Assembly (NCBI GenBank): GCA_002256025.1
Contig: NKIB01006909.1
Coordinates: forward strand, 62,001 to 118,070
From: Asterionella formosa
Taxonomy: Eukaryota
DNA length: 56,070 bases
Reading direction: 5' to 3'
Under the pieces are notes generated by a model. That model was given only the letters and a program-made list of their open reading frames with translations. It had not been told where the DNA came from and ran no database searches. A program made the translations under genes and the position numbers. This document shows positions 48,195 to 56,070 of this stretch, one piece after another (position 1 is the stretch's first letter; each line of letters starts with the position of its first letter).

Positions 48195-50079
48195 TATTAT
48201 TTTCATAATTCTTACAGTTGCTACGCACGTTTTCTACTAATTAATACATAATAATATTGTGGCTGGTTATTATTAATTGTGTACATGAACATTTTGAACT
48301 GTACTCTTGCCGGTATTGTAGTCTAGGACATGATCGATGGAGCAAAGTCGTCATCGCTTCAGGTTCATACTGATAAACTTTCTGATAAAACAAGTTATGA
48401 CGTTAGGCAGTTTATCACAATTGTCTTTTAGTTCCATTAAAGATCGCCTGTTTTTATCAATATCTTGTGGATATTCCGTGAATTCGTCAGCATGGCTTTT
48501 GCGAGATTGTACTGGTAGCTAATTAACACTGAATTCGCAACTTTTTGATTTAGTAGGGAATAACGCTATTGGCGCATTTTCATTGTTTCTTGCTATCTTT
48601 AACAAAGTGCGATCAATTGAATTGGTCAACAAAGCAGTTAAGCCGAGGAATATAACACAAAGCTCCTAGGTTTCTTGCAAAATCACCTAATTTTGCTTGT
48701 CTTGCGAGGAATCTACAAGGGACGTTTTCGTTTTTTATTACTTATCAAACGACTTCACTCTTTTGTCTTTTACTGTGGTCCAACTTACACCTACTACCCT
48801 TGCGCTCCTTCCAGAAAAAATCAGGATATTTCTTCATCCTTTTTTCATCATCTAAGTCAAAATCTTCAAGAATGACATGGTTGAAAATTGAGGAAGTACT
48901 TGCTAAAGAACCACGTTTCTTCCTCCATTTCGGAGGCTTTTCAAATTGCTTTGTTGGAACAAGGGACAGATCAACCATGGGCGCAAAGGAAACGCGTCAT
49001 TAGAACGTTGACATAGGTTTGTGTCTTGCTCTTCTGCAGTAGTGACATTGGTGGATGTCCTGCTAGTCATTGTCCCCGCTCATTTCATGTGGCCATGAAG
49101 GGACAATGGTGCATCGGCAAAGAACATCGAAAAGCGGCACTCCAGATTGAGTTCACTCCTTGGTTGAACTGATGGTTACAACGACATACCTCGTCGTGCT
49201 AATTCTTGGTCCTACTGTTCCATGTTGTAGCCATTTTTTTTGGAAGAAAGAATGGCTGGTTGTTGGAAGTAGCCGACGTTGGCTACTGTTCATTGAAATA
49301 TGATGATGCTAAAAATCATAATATGTACATTATTTATCACCCAATTCGTATAGCACAATCACCACACACAATAGACCAGCACAACACACCATCCCAGGAA
49401 ACAGCAATAATAGCCCGCCCTCAACCAAAATTATGATTGGCTACTCAAATAGCATGTCACGTTTTAACAGCAAAATCGAGATTTCAATCTCGATTTTGCT
49501 AATACAAAATTTCCCTCTGCTCCGGTTTTGTTTATCAGAAAAAAGATGCTTAGATACTACGTCTTGGCATTCTATCCCCAGGATTGTTTATGAGAACATG
49601 TTTTTATCAGAAATATCTTATTTAGCAGCGCTAAGGTAATGAACCTCATTCAGCATGGTGAAGTGTACGTACCTACCGAGGATGATAAAGTCTATGGACA
49701 TCTAGTCACTGCAGCAGCGCAGGCTGAAATTCCTAGTAAATTCGCCTTTTCTTGCCAAAAATTATGTTTTTGTCTTGTAATAGTTCTATTTAACGTGTTA
49801 ATGTATTAACTTTTGTAGATAGACCCTTTCCTTAGACAACAATGGCCGACTCTTGACAGAGATGTACATGTCTTTCTTTCATTGCCATATTCTTATTGGT
49901 GGTTCTTCCTAAGTCAGTTTTTTGGTTTGTTTAGTTTGAATAATCAAACTAACCAATCTCCGAACGTCGTTTGCATTTGTTAAATCATTCATTCATAGAT
50001 AGACCCATGCCTAGCTACTTCCTCACATTCATTGATCATATGTTTATAACAATTGATTATTAGACTCAAACTGTCAGTA

Positions 50080-51330
50080 TTCTGAATAATCTATATCGTC
50101 CAGCTCAGACTTGTTAGATGCATGCCAAGTACGATCAAAAGTTCTCATAACCGCCCATTTGTTCCACGAATGAGCATTATACTATGCGGCTCAGACATCT
50201 GACAGCAATGCTGAAACAGTTTTGAATAATATACTTAAAGCTGAGGATGTCCGCCAAACATTTCAAAAACTTAAAAAAACTAGCAAAAGGTCAACAATAC
50301 TACAGCTCATTAAAAAATCCATCAGGACAACATTACATTCTATGCAAAACTAACACTACCTGACTGCCAAATTGAATATTTTTTAGACTACTACCTCCAG
50401 TGTACCCACACCACCAATACTCCATTTCTCCACAGGTTCCTGTTACCCTGCTTCTGCATGGTCACCATGTGATCTCCTCATAGATGGTCCCAGCTACTCT
50501 AAAAGCTTATTAAAGGCAGGCCAAACAATATATATATTTTCTTCCGCACTTGGCATGGATGGACTTTGTCAGACTCAGATGCTATTGACTTGGAATCCTC
50601 CTCCAAAGCCTATAAACATTTATCATATGGATGCAAACTAGCAATGCTAAATGCCAATCAATGGCCAATGGCCCACCAACGAAATTTTACATCGCTGCAG
50701 CAAATCCTGTACTCACTTTTGCCCGTGCTGCTCCACTTCCTCCTGGAGGACCATGATCATGTTCTGTGCAGCTCTGCCGCCAAAATATTTCGAGACACAA
50801 AGTGGGCCACCCTATCCAAGCACCTTCAGCAGAAAAAATCAAAGACCCTCCACATATCCCTCTTGCACTCACTTATGGTAAACTGGCGACTACCCTCCAC
50901 TTTCTCACTTTTATAGACTATCCATCAAGCATACGTCCAACAAGCAGCCATTGGCTGGAACCACCTTATCCAAGGTCATCTACCTCTCTCCTGGGGACAC
51001 GCTATGACAACATATAACTCCATAAAGCATCCTGGACAGCCCTACAACTCTTCTCAATGGGCCAGCCAACTCATCAACTCCTTCCGCACCTTCTCGTCTA
51101 TGGAACAATGGAATCATTTGCATGACTTTGTACATGGGGAGTGACTCTCCAAGCCACCAAATTGCGCCAACTGACCCTCCTCCTGTGGTTACATATTTTC
51201 ACACTGCTTACGCCAACCAGATTCTAGTCCCAGCTGATGAACGCGGCCATCTCTTTGCCTTCCTAATTAACAATGCATTACTCCCACTCCCTCCGCCATG
51301 ACAGCATCATGGCTAGCCATTTATAATGAG
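50080..51330 (+). mobile_element. Decayed non-LTR retrotransposon (LINE) ORF2 fragments
   Basis: Frameshifted pieces INGQWPTNEILHR...FCPCC/EDHDHVLC (C-terminal CCHC-type knuckle) and QAAIGWNHLIQGHL..SW. An upstream piece reads AETVLNNILKAEDVRQTFQKL. The RT core appears deleted. Confidence 0.6.
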
Positions 51331-51951
51331 TAACTGAATTTATTACGTGCCTTAATGCTACTCTGTTGTTGGTAGAGATACCATCATGGCGCTTTCTGGC
51401 AAACTAAGCCTGAGTATTTGACAAAACGAAAACTCACCCAGTGGCAACCCAACATACGTGGTGACTCTAGGCGCTAGTTGGCAGGGGCATGGCCAGCCAT
51501 TTATCAAGCCAGCCAGCATCGCCTGGCATCCAAAATTAGACAAGACAAACGCTGGCAAGGCACAATTCGCCGATTTCTGATCTACTGCGCCCTTTCTTGT
51601 CATCCCGATTCTCCAGTCTACCTAGGTCCATGGACTTAAACCTAGCGCCTCGTGCCCTGGTGCAACTGAACAAACTCCTTACTATTGGTCGAGGCTCCAT
51701 AACGTGTACTCAAAAACTTAGTTATCAATTATACACATCTACAATAACAAAACAATTAAGACAGGCAAATTAATTAAATGCGCCGTCATTATTTGTACCA
51801 CAAGTATGTTATTAGACTTCCATCATCAGAGCCTCCAGAACAATACACCTACTCTAGATTTCGAGCAAGAAAACCACATTCATGCTCCCTTATAATTGTT
51901 GGTCAAAATTGACTTTTGCTATTCATCATTCTTACGTGTTATCCTGTTCTA

Positions 51952-54380
51952 TTACTTCTTTTCATTCTTCATTGCATCCTTCACAAAATCAAATGACTTG
52001 TCCTCCTTCTTCTTCACTTCTCCTGCCCTTGGGTCGTCCAAAAATGAAAAACCAGACGATGCTGCAAAGTTGGCATTGCTTCCCATAACATGAGGATTGG
52101 ATCCTCGAGCACCTTGCATCATCATCGGAGTACCACCGCTACCAATTTTCTGTTGTTGCATCATCATTAATTGCATCTGCTGCATCTGCTGTTGCATTAG
52201 AAGCATATTCTGTTGCGCATACATGGCATTAAGTTGCTCTGGACCCAAGTTGGCCATCATCGCCTTGGCAGTGATGGGGGAGGGTTGCGAAGACAACGAT
52301 AAAAGTGGATCAAAGACTTGTGTTACTTCGATTGGCGCAGGAGGAGCGCTATTCATGAACCCAAAGGCCGAGCCGCCACTTGTAGCAGCACCAAGATCGG
52401 CCACGTCAGAAGCTGCTGAAAGAGCTTCATTGACAACTACGTCACCAAACAATCCACCACCCGATGAAACAGACTCAGCAGCTGCTGTGTCTTTTATAAT
52501 CATGTCACCAAACAATCCACCACCCGATGAAGCTGGCTCAGCAGCTGGTGTGCCTTTAATAATCATGTCTCCAAACAATCCGCCGCCTGATGTAGCTGAA
52601 TTTTCGGTGGGTGTCTCTTTTACAGCCATGCCACCGAAAAATCCACTACCCTCCGTCGACGGGGCATCCATGCTGGGGAAACTTAGCATGGAAGCGCCAG
52701 CAGCATTAGGAACGCTGCTCATGTCCAACAAGGATCCACCAGGGGTTTTCGGTACATCTGCCAGGTTCAATCCACCAAACAAACCACCATCTGCCTTTGG
52801 CGTAGATGGTGTTTGAGGTGGTGCATTTGTTGAGGGTGGTACGACTGGCTCGGCCCCAAAATCCAATAAATCTGCGGCTGGTGCCGCCGCCGGAGGAGCC
52901 GCTGGATATGCGGCAGCGATTCCACCACTTATCCCAAGTAGCTCCAAAATCCGTAAAGCCGGTTGCTGAATCGGAAGTCTGGCATGTCCCGCCAAAGGTT
53001 CAATTTCTCCTCGACACGCGTAGAAAAAGGCGGCGTAGGCGTTGTCACCGGGTTTGTACTGTTCCGCCATATTGATGCAAGTTTCAATCACGCAAAGTGC
53101 CTTAGCCCGAATCACCCATGGATTTCCTTCTTCCAAACAATCTAGTAGAGCTGGGCAAATCAAGTCAGCATTTAAGGAAGGTACAGCTTGTGCAAATCTC
53201 GCCAATTTGTCGGGTGGTGGTTCTGCCTTGACGCCACCAGGTGGACAAAGCTCCAAAATCATATTCTTTTCAAACGAGCCATCATTTACAGCGATTCCAC
53301 CGCTGCCGGAGTAATTAGAAGTGATGACGCCAATTTGAGGCGTAGAAGACGATAGCTGTCTAGCTTGACTTGCCACACTGATTGGAACCGCTGTTTCCAC
53401 GGTGCCCCAGGATCCTCCAACACCACCAGGTTGAGAGGCACTAAATCCTCCCCCAGTCGATTGTCCACCATACCCAGTCGATTGCCCACCATATGATGCA
53501 TTCCCACCATATCCAGCTCCTACACTTGTACCACGGTTGGATGCCATAGTCCATTGACCACCAGTGGATTGGGCCAATTGCATACTGCCCGGTGGTGGTC
53601 CATACTATTCATGAACAATAATCAGTGTGAGAAATGAGATGAAGGAAACAAGCAACAGGAAAAAATATTCCTCACCGAGCTGTTCCCATATTTGGGAGGA
53701 CCCATTGGAACATTTTTGGCCAGCGGGTCCTTGATCATATTTGCAATGGTCGACGTGGCTTCCTTTGCAATGTCCCCAATAGTCATAGTTCCAATATCCC
53801 TTGGCGAGTCTAGGGTCCGGGGATCCTTGTACATAGGATTTCCAATCCCTTCCATACGTCGACCCGTCCCTGATGCAGGCGGTGGTTGATGCAGTTGATT
53901 GGGATTGGTGTCGAACCCAGTCGACCGGGATGGCGCATATCCTCCACCACCTCCCTGAGGAGCACCATAGTGATGATTTGGGGGCTCGGTACTGGTCGGA
54001 GAATCACTGTATATGGCATCGAGGGCCTCCTTAGCTGCCGTCCGTACTTTGACATAGGGTTCATCTCCTCGAGCTGGGTCCGGTGGACCACGAAATTGCA
54101 AGGCTTCTTTAATGGCTGCCACTGCCGACGAATCCTGTGCAATTTGACGTTTGAACTGCCCTCGTGTGATGGGGTTTACGGCCGTCTTACTAATCACCTT
54201 GAGGCACTTAAATTTGACATTTGGATTGGCCTTGTTGACAAGACGACTGGTCAAATACTGAGCGATTTCGGCGCAAATTACAGGGGAACCAGCGGCATTT
54301 TTGGCAATGTCGATGTAAAGATATCCTGGAGTGGGAGCGTCTGTGGGTTCTGTAGCTCTAGCGAGACTGGTTCTGTCCAT
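51952..54380 (-). CDS. TEPSIN: Tepsin (AP-4 accessory protein; ENTH + VHS-like domains), 2 exons (about 785 aa)
   Basis: Exons 54380-53676 and 53604-51952 with a 71-bp intron. Tepsin ENTH motifs LARATEPTDAPTPGYLY, VKFKCLKVI and FRGPPDPARGDEPYVKVRTAAKE; tVHS LCPPGG...WVIRAKALCVIE; C-terminal LFxxM/L and SAFxF(M/L) AP-4 ear-binding motifs. Confidence 0.9.
52441..52597 (-). repeat. 63-bp coding tandem repeat within tepsin
   Basis: Three copies of the SGGGLFGD(M/V)(I/V)(I/V) core at a 21-codon period. Confidence 0.85.
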
Positions 54381-54681
54381 GATGCTAGTTCGGTTACAGC
54401 TGATCAGCGAATACTTCTACTTATAGATGCAGTGGTTGACGGGGGTGAGCAAAGAGAGCGACAAGAAAGACTTCTGCAATAGCAAATGATGTATGATTCC
54501 ATCCGGATTGCTGCTGTCAGATCGTTGTCATTTTTTATGCCGTGCTATCATACAAATATACCGGTACCTGGTACCAGGTCGTAATGGTAGCTGCTACCAG
54601 GTACGTACATACATTCGAAACAAGTCGTTGAAGGGGGGGGGTATATGCGTACCACAGTTGGATTATAACAGTATCTACCTG

Positions 54682-54748
54682 GCAAGTTTCGTTAATTGTG
54701 CTGAAAACTAAATCTTTAGCTCTTTTTATCCTATATTAAATTGTTTAC
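54682..54748 (-). mobile_element. Diverged, truncated third copy of the 89-bp MITE (reverse orientation)
   Basis: gcaagtttcgttaattgtgctgaaaactaaatctttagctctttttatcctatattaaa aligns to the reverse complement of the MITE right half. Confidence 0.6.
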
Positions 54749-55697
54749 ATACCAGGCAGCCTGGTAGTCTAAATAATTCATCATATAATCACATGCGTGA
54801 CTTTCATCAAATGTACACTGGAATGGAATAAGAATGCAGCGAGTATCAGTATGTCATGAAACCAATAGATCCAATGATAATACAAAAACTGTTAATATTT
54901 TTCGATACTCATTTTATTAAACAAAAAGAGCCATTTAAAATTTAGTTAAGAAACTTTCTATCATTCTTGATAGTCTATCAATATTGATAGAAATGGTTAT
55001 TGATTTGCTAGATATTTTTTCAAAAAAAAGTAAACACCACTAAAAAAGGGCCAATCTTAACAGAGATGCAAAAATCAAAAAAATGTTGCTCGGCCCAATT
55101 TTTTGTATCTCACATATCTGGGTGATATGTTGCTTCCAGCAACACATTTTTTGTTGCTCCGAAATATGTATCTGTGTGTATCGCTGCAGATACAGCGTTA
55201 AGCAACACTAATTTTACAAATTTTATAAATGTGATGTAATTAAGAAATTAATCAACAAAGACACCATTTTTATCTCTAACAGCAACAACAGAAATGAATT
55301 TTGGGAGGAGGGCTTCTCAGCAGCAATTATTATTTTCTCTAGCTACTCATAGAATAATGCTTTTCATCATTTTTAATGACTTGGCAATGGCATCATTTGA
55401 ATCTTTGGACAATAAACTTACTCTGCAACAAGGAAACAGGATGACCAGTGGGTTGCATGTATCACTCCTGCTGATTTTTTCATTGACAACGAAGGGTCTT
55501 TGACAATGATAAAATACATGCTCATTCAACAGATATCGCTACAACGACTTCGTCATATTTGCGTTCACTTTAAAATCGCTGGATACAGAAACAAAACAAA
55601 GATGATAACGATTACACTCCTCATTAAGAATTGTTTCAAAACTCTTGATCTTCGAGAGATGATGTGGTACAACAAAAAGTCATCAAAAGAACCAAAG

Positions 55698-55836
55698 AAG
55701 TATCTGAAAAGAAACGGCACTTCCTCTACTCCTGAATCATCAACAAGGCTGTCTCCACGCCTAAACAAGTATCTGAAAAGAAAAGGCTTTCCCTTTACTC
55801 CGCCTGAATCATCAACGAGGAAGTCTTCTCGCCTAC
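55698..55836 (+). repeat. 69-bp-period tandem duplication in a decayed coding region
   Basis: aagtatctgaaaagaaa...cctgaatcatcaac(a/g)agg at 55698 and 55767, encoding KYLKR...PESSTR.S.RL twice. Confidence 0.85.
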
Positions 55837-56070
55837 TACATCTAAGCCGCGTATTACGTGAAGTGACCATCACATAAATAAGCCTAGTTGATTTTGAATG
55901 CATCACATGAATTAGTTGAATACATCAAAATACGTAGTTGAATATATCTATATATTATCTGAATGCATCACGTTAAATATTTGATCAAAGTATCATGCAT
56001 GCATTCCTGATCATCACTATATTATGTGATCACCTTCACATAATTATTTGAAATACTTCACATAATTATT

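Noticed and set aside
48300..49240. Broken minus-strand coding-like sequence
   Set aside because: Multiple stops and no identifiable family.
51469..51650. 9-bp inverted repeat AGGCGCTAG/CTAGCGCCT, possible structured RNA
   Set aside because: Too short to exceed chance; no recognisable ncRNA fold.

Overview
Eukaryotic nuclear DNA, almost certainly from a diatom: short (about 70-130 bp) GT-AG introns, bipartite plastid presequences with ASA-F cleavage motifs, and diatom-type protein families. I can support about 16 protein-coding genes, with exon joins reconstructed by hand. They include SMC6, argininosuccinate synthase, SRP54, tepsin, a divergent myo-inositol-1-phosphate synthase, a GT8, two GT14 paralogues, an SGNH protein and a CBM9-like protein. 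The genes are separated by decayed transposon relics: a hAT pseudogene, a RAG1/Transib-like fragment, a LINE fragment, a two-copy TIR element and an 89-bp MITE. Three observations stand out. (1) A four-exon, plastid-targeted protein of about 988 aa fuses an HxxxD acyltransferase, a membrane segment and a lipocalin, making it a candidate carotenoid/lipid acylating enzyme. (2) TA-flanked micro-palindromes (TACCGGTA, TACCWGGTA, TACTCGGAGTA) are strongly enriched just upstream of most genes and may be accumulated Tc1/mariner excision footprints or a promoter element. (3) Inositol- and glycan-related enzymes cluster at 17-34 kb. No tRNA, rRNA or CRISPR was recognised. All family assignments come from motif recognition only; no database search was run.
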